A stretch of 64,000 nucleotides of DNA, from positions 285,370 to 349,369 of IMG/VR virus record IMGVR_UViG_3300034104_005687, one strand, 5' to 3'. The position numbers were made by a program, and so were the translations under genes. Below, one piece after another: positions 28,600-39,016 of this stretch. Below the pieces are notes generated by a model. That model made no database searches. It was not told where the DNA came from and saw nothing but the letters and a program-made list of their open reading frames with translations. The first letter of the stretch is position 1, and every line of letters begins with the position of its first letter.

Positions 28600-29421
28600 T
28601 TGACAAAAAACTTTATCCCGCATCCAATCATCCATGCGGATTCAAAAAACAAATTTATACCCAAAAATTACAACATTCCGCTTGAAGAAACAGGCCTAGA
28701 TGCAATGGCAGGCGATGGTGGATACCGAGAAGAAAAGTATCTTGGAAATTACCTTCGTGCAAAGATGAAGCGTGACGGCAAAAGATTTTGGGCAGGTGAC
28801 AACATCAGTGAGTATGTTAACGAACAAGACAAAGAGCAACTGATCGACGAAGCCACAGAAGCATTTGAACTAGTGCTTGACCGTTTGCTGATTGATCGAG
28901 AAACAGATCCCAACTCAAAAGGCACAGCAAGACGACTGGCCAAAATGTACTTTAACGAAATCATGGAAGGTAGATATGAGCCAGAACCAGACGCAACCGC
29001 TTTTCCCAATGACTCAGCGGATCGATATGAAGGAATGCTTGTGGTGCGCAGTGAGCTTCGCAGTATGTGCAGTCATCACCACCAACCTGTCAGTGGCGTT
29101 GCTTATATCGGGATTATTGCCGCTCAAAAGCTCATTGGTCTTAGCAAGTACACTCGTATTGCTCAGTGGTGTGCTCGTCGTGGCACACTACAGGAAGAAC
29201 TTTGTAATGACATTGCCCGCGAGATTTGCAGGGCCACCGATTCAGAAAGCGTAGCAGTATACATTCAGGCCACACACGGTTGCTGTGAGAATCGCGGCAT
29301 TATGGCTCACAGTAGCCTCACACAAACCACAGTACTAAGAGGCGCCTTCAAACAAGACCAAAGTGTCAAGAAGGAATTCTTTGACAACATCAAACTACAA
29401 CAGGACTTTGCACCACGATGA
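28600..29421 (+). CDS. folE: GTP cyclohydrolase I
   Basis: SMCSHHHQP, IGLSK, LQE, HGC..RG. Confidence 0.93.
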   Translation: MTKNFIPHPIIHADSKNKFIPKNYNIPLEETGLDAMAGDGGYREEKYLGNYLRAKMKRDGKRFWAGDNISEYVNEQDKEQLIDEATEAFELVLDRLLIDRETDPNSKGTARRLAKMYFNEIMEGRYEPEPDATAFPNDSADRYEGMLVVRSELRSMCSHHHQPVSGVAYIGIIAAQKLIGLSKYTRIAQWCARRGTLQEELCNDIAREICRATDSESVAVYIQATHGCCENRGIMAHSSLTQTTVLRGAFKQDQSVKKEFFDNIKLQQDFAPR

Positions 29422-29813
29422 CCGATCTTGAACAAGCACAAGCTGCGGGAATCGCCCCGTGGGATTTAAAAGTTGTCGACCTTAGTGATTTTCATGTGAC
29501 TGTGTTTGAAGATCGATATCCTGTTGCTGTTGGGCATCTACTGTTTGTACCCAACTACAACACTCCTACAGTGATAGTAGATGCGTTTGAATCTGCGTTG
29601 GCTCAGGGTAATCGTATGGTGGCCGCGAGCAAATGCGATGCATTTAACATTGGAATCAACATGGGATCAGCAGCAGGTCAGACTGTGATGTATCCGCATG
29701 TGCACTTGATTCCGCGACGCACCGGAGACTGTGCCGACCCTGTGGGCGGAGTGCGTGGCGTAATTACTGGGCAAGCCAACTACAAGCAATCAGGCTATCG
29801 TCAACCTGGATAA
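29418..29813 (+). CDS. HIT family hydrolase
   Basis: GHLLFVP, AGQTVMYPHVHLIPR. Confidence 0.9.
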   Translation: MTDLEQAQAAGIAPWDLKVVDLSDFHVTVFEDRYPVAVGHLLFVPNYNTPTVIVDAFESALAQGNRMVAASKCDAFNIGINMGSAAGQTVMYPHVHLIPRRTGDCADPVGGVRGVITGQANYKQSGYRQPG

Positions 29814-29823
29814 GTACTATCTC

Positions 29824-29862
29824 AGCGGCCTTTCCGGCATTCATCCCGCTATACAAACTCTG
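29824..29862 (+). promoter_or_regulatory. preQ1-I-like riboswitch candidate upstream of queD
   Basis: AGCGG/CCGCT stem, loop ending CATC, A-rich tail ATACAAACT. Confidence 0.4.
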
Positions 29863-29896
29863 CAGGCCTATGCTATAATATACATAGGAGAACACA

Positions 29897-30421
29897 ATGG
29901 CAAAATATCTTTCAACAAAAACTTACGGCAACGACCGCGGACTTTCATGCTGTTTTAGACAGTGGCGCAGTGCTCACAGTCACTGTAGTCTACTGCACGG
30001 ATACTCAATCGGAATCAAGTTGGTGTTTGAATCGGAAACACTAGATGATCGAAACTGGGTCATGGACTTTGGTGGACTCAAGGCATTCAAAGAGTGGAGT
30101 GAATGGCAATTTGATCATACCACTGTGATTGGTCATGATGATCCTCATCTGGCAAAGTTCAAAGAACTGGCTAAGTTGGGCAAGCAGGCAGAAGGCGGTG
30201 TACTAGATCTACGTATTGTAGAAGCAGTAGGTTGCGAAAAGTTTGCCGAACTAGCTTATCGTACAATGGCAGAAATTCTAGAAGCATATCAGCAAGGACA
30301 GGGTTGGACACACCCAGATGGTCGTGTGTTTGAAGCACGTTATCCTGTGGGCGCAGGTGTTAGATTGCGCAGTGTGGAAGTGTTTGAACATGCTGGTAAC
30401 TCAGCAACCTACGAAGGGTGA
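29897..30421 (+). CDS. queD: 6-carboxytetrahydropterin synthase
   Basis: CSLLHGY, VMDFG, FDH, EH..NSATY. Confidence 0.88.
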   Translation: MAKYLSTKTYGNDRGLSCCFRQWRSAHSHCSLLHGYSIGIKLVFESETLDDRNWVMDFGGLKAFKEWSEWQFDHTTVIGHDDPHLAKFKELAKLGKQAEGGVLDLRIVEAVGCEKFAELAYRTMAEILEAYQQGQGWTHPDGRVFEARYPVGAGVRLRSVEVFEHAGNSATYEG

Positions 30422-31260
30422 ACATGAAACCTAAATTTGACATAGCCCTTCTACTGCCCACTCGTGGGCGTACTGAAGCATTGATCACCAGTGTGAAAAG
30501 TGTGTTTGAATTGGCAGACATTCCTGATCGCTTACAGATGCTGTTTGCGTTTGATCGAGATGACGAAATTGGTAAAAAGTTTTTCCAAGATGAAATCCAA
30601 CCTTGGCTGGACGAGAAGAAGTATCACTATACAGCCATGTTGTTTGATACCATGGGCTATGTTGGTCTGCATCGTTACAACAACAAACTGGCAGAAAAAA
30701 CAGACGCCCGGTGGTTGGTAATCTGGAACGATGATGCTATCATGGAAACTCAGGGATGGGATACGGAAATCATGAAGCATCAAGGTGATTTCAAACTGCT
30801 GGCATTTCATACACACAATGATCATCCCTACAGCATCTTTCCTATTTTGCCACGAGAGTGGTACGAATTGCTGGGATATATTAGTCCGCATCCCACACAA
30901 GATGGCTGGCTCAGTCAACAGGCATACATGCTAGACATATGGGAGCGTATTCCTGTGTGGGTCACGCACGATCGACACGATCTTACTGGAAACAATCTCG
31001 ACGAAACTTATAAGAATCGTGTGATGTACGAGGGAAAACCCAATGATCCTCGAGATTTCCACAGTGTGGAACAACTGAGCCTACGTCATCAAGACTGCTT
31101 CAAACTTGCTGCGCATCTTAAACAGAACTACAACAAAGACATGACATTTTTTGAAAACGTATTCAAAGGCACACAAGATCCTTGGGAAAAATTAGCACAG
31201 AACGATGTCAATCAACAGATGGTGCAATTTGACAATCCGCACAAACATTTTAGTAAATAA
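30418..31260 (+). CDS. GT2-like glycosyltransferase
   Basis: LLPTRGR, WNDD. Confidence 0.7.
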   Translation: MNMKPKFDIALLLPTRGRTEALITSVKSVFELADIPDRLQMLFAFDRDDEIGKKFFQDEIQPWLDEKKYHYTAMLFDTMGYVGLHRYNNKLAEKTDARWLVIWNDDAIMETQGWDTEIMKHQGDFKLLAFHTHNDHPYSIFPILPREWYELLGYISPHPTQDGWLSQQAYMLDIWERIPVWVTHDRHDLTGNNLDETYKNRVMYEGKPNDPRDFHSVEQLSLRHQDCFKLAAHLKQNYNKDMTFFENVFKGTQDPWEKLAQNDVNQQMVQFDNPHKHFSK

Positions 31261-31263
31261 CGG

Positions 31264-33261
31264 ATGAAAACAAAAATTGCATGGGTTCAACCCAATTTCC
31301 AACAAGGTCCCAAAGAATTCAACGCATACTACCTACCTTATTCAGCAGGTGTAGTATGGAGTTACAGCCTTCATGATTCTGCCATACGCGATCAGTTCGA
31401 AGTTACCGAGTGGATATGGCGTAGAGAAGCCATTGAGGAAACAGCACAGCGTCTAGCAAAAAATGACATTATAGCATCCAGTGTATATGTATGGAATCAT
31501 CGTTATAACTATGCCCTGTGCAAACGAATAAAAGAAATCAATCCCAACGTGTTGATTGTGATCGGCGGGCCCGAGCCAGCAATCACAGACCCTAAATTGT
31601 TTCTTGACAATCCTTGGATGGACCTGGTAGTGTGCTACGAAGGCGAAATAACTTTCAAGCGTTTGCTACAACATTATCATAACAAAGACTGGGAGTCAGT
31701 GCCGGGCTTGTTGATCAACCAGAACGGCGAAGCAGTAAAAACCCAAGACTCTGAACGTATTGAGGAACTAGGAGATGTTCCTAGTCCGTACCTGGCCGGA
31801 ATTTTTGATGACTTGATAGCTAAACATCCTGAGATCACTTGGCAAGGTACACTGGAAACCAATCGTGGTTGTCCATATGCTTGTACATTCTGTGACTGGG
31901 GCAGTTTGACCTATAACAAAGTCAAAAAGTTTGGCCTGGAGCGTGTGTACGCTGAATTAGAGTGGATGGCACGACGCAACTTTGACTGGATCTCAATCAC
32001 CGACGCCAACTTTGGTATGTTTCCCGAGCGCGATGGTTTGATTGCCGACAAGATCATTGAGTGCCAAGAAAAATACGGATCACCACGTACATTCTCTGTG
32101 GCCTGGGCCAAGAATCAAAAGAAAGAAGTAATTGACATTGTCAAAAAGTTGCTGGACAGCAAAGGCTTCAATCAAGGACTTACACTGAGTGTGCAAAGTC
32201 TTGACTTGGATGTATTAGAAAACATCCGACGCAAAAACATGGAAATGAACAAGCTAGAAGAAGTATTCAGCTTGTGTGACCAACGCAACATTCCTGCCTA
32301 TACAGAATTGATCCTTGGGTTGCCTGGGGAGACCATGGAGACTTGGAAGAAAAACTTTTATGCCTTGTATGATCTAAATCAGCACACTGGCATCACTGTT
32401 TTCCAGGCGCAGTTGTTGGAGAATGCTGAAATGAACTTGCTGCAAAAAAAGCTGTTCAAGATCACTAGCCAACCAGTCACTGACTATTTTGCCGGCAGCT
32501 ACAGTGTAGAACACATTGAAGAAAGCATTGACGTAATCACTGGCACCAAAGATATGCCTACTCCAGTCATGCTGGATGCACAAATTTTTAGTTGGTTTCA
32601 GACTACATTTCACATCAATGGGTTTGCTACCTTGATTGCTAGATTTGTAAACAAGCATCTGGGCATCAGCTACAACGACTACTACGAAGATCTGTTTGCA
32701 TACTGCAAATCAAATGCGTGGATTGCCAAAGAAGAGGCTGAAGCTAGGCAGTATTTTGGAAACTGGATGACCACTGGAAAAATTGATCACCCCAAAATTG
32801 GTGTTGAGATACATGGCTGGAACATTATTCATCGTACCAGCATGAACATGCACAGCGAAAACAAAACTGATGAATTGTATGATTTCATTGAAACATTTTT
32901 GCAAAGATACAATTTGCCACAGGATCTGATTGACAGTGTGATGAAACTGCAACGTTCGTACTATATCAAGTACGATGCTCGAAATCACTATCCAATGGTG
33001 TTGGAACTAGACTACAATATTTGGGATTTTCTCAGCTTTGACCAGCCATTGACCAAGGCCAAAACTCAATACAAATTGGATTTTCCTGAAGACAAAACCA
33101 TGAGTTTCAACAGATTTCTAGAGTTGTTTTATTTTGCTCGTCGTCGAAACTTTGGCAAAGCCACTGTGGACCTTGTGGGCACAACAAGTACCAAGGGAGC
33201 ACAACGTGGTGCAGGCGCAGCAAAAGCACAAGGATCATTCTCAATCAAACAACTGTCATGA
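31264..33261 (+). CDS. B12-binding radical SAM protein
   Basis: IVIGGPE, EGE, RGCPYACTFC, DANFG. Confidence 0.9.
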   Translation: MKTKIAWVQPNFQQGPKEFNAYYLPYSAGVVWSYSLHDSAIRDQFEVTEWIWRREAIEETAQRLAKNDIIASSVYVWNHRYNYALCKRIKEINPNVLIVIGGPEPAITDPKLFLDNPWMDLVVCYEGEITFKRLLQHYHNKDWESVPGLLINQNGEAVKTQDSERIEELGDVPSPYLAGIFDDLIAKHPEITWQGTLETNRGCPYACTFCDWGSLTYNKVKKFGLERVYAELEWMARRNFDWISITDANFGMFPERDGLIADKIIECQEKYGSPRTFSVAWAKNQKKEVIDIVKKLLDSKGFNQGLTLSVQSLDLDVLENIRRKNMEMNKLEEVFSLCDQRNIPAYTELILGLPGETMETWKKNFYALYDLNQHTGITVFQAQLLENAEMNLLQKKLFKITSQPVTDYFAGSYSVEHIEESIDVITGTKDMPTPVMLDAQIFSWFQTTFHINGFATLIARFVNKHLGISYNDYYEDLFAYCKSNAWIAKEEAEARQYFGNWMTTGKIDHPKIGVEIHGWNIIHRTSMNMHSENKTDELYDFIETFLQRYNLPQDLIDSVMKLQRSYYIKYDARNHYPMVLELDYNIWDFLSFDQPLTKAKTQYKLDFPEDKTMSFNRFLELFYFARRRNFGKATVDLVGTTSTKGAQRGAGAAKAQGSFSIKQLS

Positions 33262-33959
33262 CACGACTGTTTACATTTGGATGTAGCTACACTAACTATC
33301 GGTGGAGCACGTGGGCAGACTGCCTTGCCCCAGAATTTGATTACTTTGAGAACTGGGGTCAAGGCGGTGGCGGCAATCATTACATATACAACAGCGTAAT
33401 GGAGGCTGATCAGCGTCATTGTTTTGGTGCAGGCGACACTGTAATTGTATGCTGGTCTACTTTTATGAGAGACGATAGATATGTACAAGGTCGTTGGCAT
33501 ACTCTAGGTGGTATGTTTACTACTCCAATATATCAATCCGAATACTTGAAATCTCATGTAGATGAGCGAGGGTATGTTATACGTGACCTTGCGTTTATTA
33601 AAGGTGTAAAATCATTGTTAGAAACTAAACCTAATCTAACATGGAAATTTCTTAGTCTAGCCAATCTCAAGCTGGGCACTAGGTGCGAGACGGCGCCTGG
33701 CGAACCCAAAGATGTGATGGAAGTGTATGCAAATGTGCTAGATACAATATTGCCCAGCTACCAGGAAACAATATTTAAAAACGGATGGAAACAGGCAGAA
33801 GATCCTCACCCATCTCCCGAAGAACACTTAGCCTATCTGGATACAGTTTTGCCAGGCTGGGTGACAAAACAATCTACTCGTGTTAAAATGTGCGAAGAGA
33901 GTATCAATCTAAATAAAAATCCCCGCAAGCCGGGACTAGCAAAGGTAAAAAGACTATGA
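33258..33959 (+). CDS. SGNH-like hypothetical protein
   Basis: FGCSYT, NWGQGGGGN, DPHP. Confidence 0.55.
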   Translation: MTRLFTFGCSYTNYRWSTWADCLAPEFDYFENWGQGGGGNHYIYNSVMEADQRHCFGAGDTVIVCWSTFMRDDRYVQGRWHTLGGMFTTPIYQSEYLKSHVDERGYVIRDLAFIKGVKSLLETKPNLTWKFLSLANLKLGTRCETAPGEPKDVMEVYANVLDTILPSYQETIFKNGWKQAEDPHPSPEEHLAYLDTVLPGWVTKQSTRVKMCEESINLNKNPRKPGLAKVKRL

Positions 33960-34801
33960 AATTCAAAGTTAGTGAATTATTTTATTCAGCGCAGGGCGAA
34001 GGTCGCTATGTGGGAGTGCCCAGTGTGTTCCTTCGCATGTTTGGCTGCAACTTTACCTGTTCGGGATTTGGCTGCAAGCCTGGAGAAAAAAGCACCGAAG
34101 CAGATGAGGTAGCAAAAACTGTTGAACTGTACAAAACGTTTGAAGAACTACCCTTGGTGAACACTGGCTGCGACAGCTATGCCAGCTGGCATCCTGCGTT
34201 CAAGCACTTGAGCCCAACATATACTGCCGAAGAACTTGTGGACAAAATGGCAGCGATATTGCCCAATGGAGTGTGGCAACAACCCAATGGCAATCCTGTG
34301 CACTTGGTAATCACGGGTGGTGAACCCTTGCTGGGTTGGCAACGTGCTTATCCAGAACTGCTGGACCTGTTGCACGAACGTGGTCTGCGCCACATCACAT
34401 TTGAAACCAATGGTACCCAAGAACTTGGTGCAGAATTCAAACAGTACTTGTTGAATTGGTTTGGTGAGATTACATTTAGTGTAAGTCCAAAGTTGAGTGT
34501 GAGTGGCGAAAGCTGGGATGATGCCATCAAGCCTGATATTGTGTGGGACTACGAAACATACGGCATCACCTACATGAAGTTTGTGGTAGAAAAGATTGCA
34601 GACTTTGATGAACTGGATCGTGCAGTACATCAGTATCGACTGCGTGGGTTTGCTGGTCCTGTGTTTGTGATGCCCGTGGGCGGGGTAGTCAGTGTGTACG
34701 ATGGCAACCGTATCAATGTTGCTGACGAAGCACTGCGTCGAGGTTACTGGTACAGTCCAAGATTGCATGTGGATCTTTGGGGCAATGGTTGGGGGAAATA
34801 A
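33956..34801 (+). CDS. queE: 7-carboxy-7-deazaguanine synthase
   Basis: FYSAQGEG, FLRMFGCNFTC, TGGEP, ETNGT, SPK. Confidence 0.92.
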   Translation: MKFKVSELFYSAQGEGRYVGVPSVFLRMFGCNFTCSGFGCKPGEKSTEADEVAKTVELYKTFEELPLVNTGCDSYASWHPAFKHLSPTYTAEELVDKMAAILPNGVWQQPNGNPVHLVITGGEPLLGWQRAYPELLDLLHERGLRHITFETNGTQELGAEFKQYLLNWFGEITFSVSPKLSVSGESWDDAIKPDIVWDYETYGITYMKFVVEKIADFDELDRAVHQYRLRGFAGPVFVMPVGGVVSVYDGNRINVADEALRRGYWYSPRLHVDLWGNGWGK

Positions 34802-35224
34802 ATGTTTGATCAAATCAAAGCATTGTTTGGTGCAAACGCCAACGTAAATCCTAAACCCACTGTACTAAAGCCTGAGCCGCCGCCTGCTCCGCCCAAGAAA
34901 AAAGCACCTGAAAAGTCAGCCAAAGAATTGGCCACCGAAAGTGGCGAACCTTATGTGGCCGTGCTCAGCATGGATGTAGACCCAGACAATCTGCACCAAG
35001 GCGCATTTGAACTAGACTGGAATGACATCTTTGTGGCTCGTCTGGTCAAGGCCGGCTACATGATGAAACCCACAGATACCGATGCTGACATTGTGGATCG
35101 CTGGTTCCAGAATGTGTGTCGTCATGTTGTGATGGAAACTTGGGAACAAGAACAAGCCATCAAACAATCGGGTATCTATGTACAAACCAAACCTCTAGGC
35201 AACGGCAGGAGCGAAGTGTCATGA
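34802..35224 (+). CDS. Hypothetical protein
   Basis: Abutting ORF in operon. Confidence 0.7.
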   Translation: MFDQIKALFGANANVNPKPTVLKPEPPPAPPKKKAPEKSAKELATESGEPYVAVLSMDVDPDNLHQGAFELDWNDIFVARLVKAGYMMKPTDTDADIVDRWFQNVCRHVVMETWEQEQAIKQSGIYVQTKPLGNGRSEVS

Positions 35225-35697
35225 TTTTTAACCACATCAAAGAACTCAAATCCCAAGGCAAAAAAATTGGCATTACATTCAGCACCTTTGACATGTTGCA
35301 TGCTGGACACATTGCCATGCTGAGCGAAGCTCGAAATTATTGTGATTACCTTATTGCCGGACTTCAAACTGATCCCACTACTGATCGTCCTGACACCAAA
35401 AACAAACCAATTCAAAGTGTAGTCGAACGTCAGATACAGCTGGCCGCTTGTCGTTACGTAGATGAAGTTGTTGTTTATCAAACAGAACAAGATCTTGTTG
35501 ACTTACTGTTGATCTTACCAGTGGACGTTCGTATCCTTGGGGTAGAATACGAAGGCAAAGACTTCAGTGGCCAACACGAATGTTACATGCGAAACATTGA
35601 AATTGTGTTTAACGGCCGAGATCATTCATTTAGTAGCAGTAGTTTGCGCAAGCGAGTTGTTGCCGCAGAAATAGAAAAAGAACTAATCAAAAAATGA
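35221..35697 (+). CDS. Cytidylyltransferase (TagD/RfaE-like)
   Basis: FDMLHAGH (HxGH), YVDEV, SSSSLR. Confidence 0.88.
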   Translation: MIFNHIKELKSQGKKIGITFSTFDMLHAGHIAMLSEARNYCDYLIAGLQTDPTTDRPDTKNKPIQSVVERQIQLAACRYVDEVVVYQTEQDLVDLLLILPVDVRILGVEYEGKDFSGQHECYMRNIEIVFNGRDHSFSSSSLRKRVVAAEIEKELIKK

Positions 35698-36464
35698 TAT
35701 TGTATGTCAACGGCGATAGCCATGCCGCGGCTGCTGAAGCTGTGGTTCCACATGCCTGGGCACAAGACGACGGGCTTCTTTGGGGCATGGGCCAGAAACC
35801 GCATCCCGCCAACGTTCGTGCCAGTTTTGGCTGCGAACTTGCCAATCACTTGTTTGCTATACTAGATCTAGATGCCCAAGCAGGTGGAAGTAACGCCCGT
35901 ATTATGCGCACCACCAGAGATTGGATCAAACGTAATCATGCTGATTTAGATAACACGTTTATGTTGATACAGTGGAGCACCTGGGAACGAGAAGAATGGT
36001 TTTATGACAACGAGTGGTGGCAAGTAAACGCATCCGGTATTGATCATGTGCCTCCGGAACTGGAACAACGTTACAAACAGTTTGTGGTTGATATAGACTG
36101 GCCTGCATGTACTCGAAAAGCACATGAAGAAATCTGGCAGTTTCATTGTGAGTTAGATCAACAAGGTATTAGACATTTGTTTTTTAATGCCAACAGTCAT
36201 TTTGCTATGCCAGTACTAAATGATCAAAATCTTCAAGAACCAGTTATTTTACCACAAGATCAAAAACCATGGGGCGCCAGCTATATTGGCCCATATGACC
36301 CTCAACTGACCTACAACAGTGTGCTAAAAAACAACGGATTTGACTATAAAAATCCTGCAAGTTATCATTTTGGTGCGGATGCCCATTGCTTTTGGGGCGA
36401 ATATCTGTTACAATACATCAAGACCAATCAACTCTTAAGGCCTGATGAAATACCTACTTATTGA
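35694..36464 (+). CDS. SGNH-like hypothetical protein
   Basis: NGDSH, GGSN, YHFG. Confidence 0.55.
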   Translation: MILYVNGDSHAAAAEAVVPHAWAQDDGLLWGMGQKPHPANVRASFGCELANHLFAILDLDAQAGGSNARIMRTTRDWIKRNHADLDNTFMLIQWSTWEREEWFYDNEWWQVNASGIDHVPPELEQRYKQFVVDIDWPACTRKAHEEIWQFHCELDQQGIRHLFFNANSHFAMPVLNDQNLQEPVILPQDQKPWGASYIGPYDPQLTYNSVLKNNGFDYKNPASYHFGADAHCFWGEYLLQYIKTNQLLRPDEIPTY

Positions 36465-37503
36465 TACCAGCAACATGTTCTTTCGTGCTCGTCATCAAGC
36501 ACACAGAGCAGCAGACACTTGGACCAAGCTGGGCTTTGCATTGCACTTGACCATCATGAGCGCCAACAAAGTAGCACGTGATTTAGGTGCAGACCATGTG
36601 GTATTTGCACTAGAAGGGCGTAGCTGGCGCAAAGATTACTACAAGCCCTACAAGGCCAATCGTGCTGTGGCCCGTGGTGACATGAGCGAAACAGAAGCAG
36701 AAGAAGACAAGCTGTTCTGGGAAACCTATGATGAGCTGACTAAATACTTGTCTACAAAAACCAATTGCAGTGTGATTCGTTGCGCAACAGCCGAAGCGGA
36801 TGATGTGATTGCACGTTGGATAGCTTTACACCCCCAAGATGAACACACTATCGTAAGCACAGATTCTGACTTTGTTCAGCTGGTGGCCCCCAATGTGCGT
36901 CTCTACAACGGCGTCAATGATCACTTGTTTACTGTGGATGGTGTAGCTGATGGCAAAGGTAAAAAATTGGCATTCACTGTTGAAAGCAACTCAAAGATCA
37001 AAGTTGGCAAACCCAATGCCGACTTTGTGCCTCCTGTGGACTATCACAAGTGGGCACTGTTCTTGAAATGTGTTCGCGGCGATCCCGGCGACAATGTGTT
37101 CTCGGCATATCCCGGTGCTCCGGTTAAAGGCACAAAGAATCGTGTGGGCATCACAGAAGCATTTGAAGATCGTGGCCGTCGGGGCTATGCCTGGAACAAC
37201 ATGATGTTGCAACGTTGGGTCGACCACGAAGAGGCCGAACACCGAGTACTGGACGATTATGAACGCAACGTGACCTTGATCGATCTTACCGCACAGCCAC
37301 AGGCCATCAAAGACACAGTAGACACAGCTATCCGCGAACAAGTCAGCCACAGAGACGTGGGCATGGTAGGTGCTCACTTTTTAAAGTTCTGTGGTCGATA
37401 CGAACTGACCAAACTCAGCGACCATGCAGATGCAGTGGGTCGCTGGTTGAACAACACATACAAAGGAGCGTTAGATGATACTAGCCAAACCGGTAATAGC
37501 TAA
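36445..37503 (+). CDS. rnh: T4-type RNase H / 5'-3' flap exonuclease
   Basis: LIDTSN, YKANR, EADD, STDSD, GDPGDN. Confidence 0.9.
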   Translation: MKYLLIDTSNMFFRARHQAHRAADTWTKLGFALHLTIMSANKVARDLGADHVVFALEGRSWRKDYYKPYKANRAVARGDMSETEAEEDKLFWETYDELTKYLSTKTNCSVIRCATAEADDVIARWIALHPQDEHTIVSTDSDFVQLVAPNVRLYNGVNDHLFTVDGVADGKGKKLAFTVESNSKIKVGKPNADFVPPVDYHKWALFLKCVRGDPGDNVFSAYPGAPVKGTKNRVGITEAFEDRGRRGYAWNNMMLQRWVDHEEAEHRVLDDYERNVTLIDLTAQPQAIKDTVDTAIREQVSHRDVGMVGAHFLKFCGRYELTKLSDHADAVGRWLNNTYKGALDDTSQTGNS

Positions 37504-37921
37504 TCGTTATTGGATACTGAAAAAAGACGATCAAAAAGTAGGCATCGTTGAAGCAGTAGACGACGGATACGACATCAAACTAGAAGACAAAAAACTCAAC
37601 TACAAAACTATTCCCATGATCAGTCGTAGGGAAAATATTTTGTTTGAGAATCCGATCAAGCCCGCCGAGATACCCAAAAACATTGTACACGGATTTGAAG
37701 TTGCAGGCCGTGTGCATAATCCACTGTGGGACGTCAAACATCGATTGCCGCTGTTTACACGAGATACCAAAAGCAAATCGTGGTACGCCGCCGGATGGTA
37801 TATGGTCAAACAGCACCGCGCTTGGCGAGTTGTACAAAATCCCAAACTTATTACCTTGCAACGTTATGCGTATCAAGGTCCGTTCCATACTCGAGAAGAA
37901 GCAAATGAATCCATTTCGTGA
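37475..37921 (+). CDS. Hypothetical protein
   Basis: AAGGAG RBS. Confidence 0.7.
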   Translation: MILAKPVIANRYWILKKDDQKVGIVEAVDDGYDIKLEDKKLNYKTIPMISRRENILFENPIKPAEIPKNIVHGFEVAGRVHNPLWDVKHRLPLFTRDTKSKSWYAAGWYMVKQHRAWRVVQNPKLITLQRYAYQGPFHTREEANESIS

Positions 37922-38267
37922 CCAAGAAAAATTTATGCGAGCTTGTGATCAAAGCGTAGATCAGTTCAATGAAAAACAATACTTAATGTATGTCAAACTT
38001 ATCAACGAAGAACATCAAGAATTGTTAGAAGCCACGTTGTCAGAAGATCGAGTAGAACAATTAGATGCGTTGATTGATATATTAGTTGTTACCATTGGAG
38101 CAATACATAGCTTTGGAGCAGATGCCGAGGGTGCCTGGAAAGAAGTTATGCGAACTAACTTTGCCAAGATTGACAAAGAGACGGGCAAGGTTCGCAAGCG
38201 TGAAGATGGCAAAGTTCTCAAGCCAGTGGGCTGGACACCGCCCAATCTTAAACCTTTTGTGAAATGA
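37905..38267 (+). CDS. All-alpha NTP pyrophosphohydrolase (MazG/PRA-PH-like)
   Basis: EEHQEL, DALIDI, N.AK, DGKVLKP. Confidence 0.8.
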   Translation: MNPFRDQEKFMRACDQSVDQFNEKQYLMYVKLINEEHQELLEATLSEDRVEQLDALIDILVVTIGAIHSFGADAEGAWKEVMRTNFAKIDKETGKVRKREDGKVLKPVGWTPPNLKPFVK

Positions 38268-38431
38268 ACAACATGAAACTGATCAACGACCAGTACAATG
38301 ACTGGTGGGTATGGGTAGAAGATCACAACGAAGATCTGGTACTCAGCCCGCATTTTGACTACGAAGAAGATGCTGTTCAGTGGCGTGATAGAATGATCAA
38401 AGAGGTACACAATGTCAAAAATAATGGTTGA
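38264..38431 (+). CDS. Small hypothetical protein (55 aa, absent from ORF track)
   Basis: ATGA overlap; MNNMKLINDQYNDWWVWVED... Confidence 0.55.
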   Translation: MNNMKLINDQYNDWWVWVEDHNEDLVLSPHFDYEEDAVQWRDRMIKEVHNVKNNG

Positions 38432-38464
38432 CATCGATATTGCACCCTACATGGAGTTCAAACA

Positions 38465-38686
38465 ATGAGCCTGCACATACATAGATTTGTTGATGCTGTC
38501 AAAGCTGCCGAGTCTCGTGGTCAACGAGACCTACAAATGACCTTGCGAGACGCCAAAGACCTGCATGCTGACATTACCAAGCTGTTGATTACCCTGGAAC
38601 AGATGCGCAAATTGCCCGAATCAGGCACGGCCGCAGACGATGTTATAACGGTTGAGCTCACTGGCGGAACATTTAAAAACCCCTAG
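38465..38686 (+). CDS. Hypothetical protein
   Basis: GGAG RBS. Confidence 0.7.
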   Translation: MSLHIHRFVDAVKAAESRGQRDLQMTLRDAKDLHADITKLLITLEQMRKLPESGTAADDVITVELTGGTFKNP

Positions 38687-38716
38687 TTATTGACATAAAT
38701 AACAGTGGAGTTTGCA

Positions 38717-39016
38717 ATGTCAAGACCTAAACCACAAGTACTCATAGAACACACTCACCGACAAACCTACAAGACCGAACAAGTGTTGGCATCTGAAGGA
38801 GTGTGGGCAGTGTTTTATGATGGGCAGCCTATCAACCTTAAAACGTTTAATATACTGACACAATATCCAGGACCCAAGTATAAAAAAGTCAGCTTTTCAA
38901 ATCCTGGACATGCCAAGAACTTGGCCAAAAAACTCAACATACAGTTCAAGTCAGACAAATTCACAGTGGTGTTGTTGACACAAGGGGCGCAAGTGTACCC
39001 CAATGAACAGAAGTGA
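38717..39016 (+). CDS. Hypothetical protein (MSRPKP...)
   Basis: TAAATA and GGAG upstream. Confidence 0.7.
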   Translation: MSRPKPQVLIEHTHRQTYKTEQVLASEGVWAVFYDGQPINLKTFNILTQYPGPKYKKVSFSNPGHAKNLAKKLNIQFKSDKFTVVLLTQGAQVYPNEQK

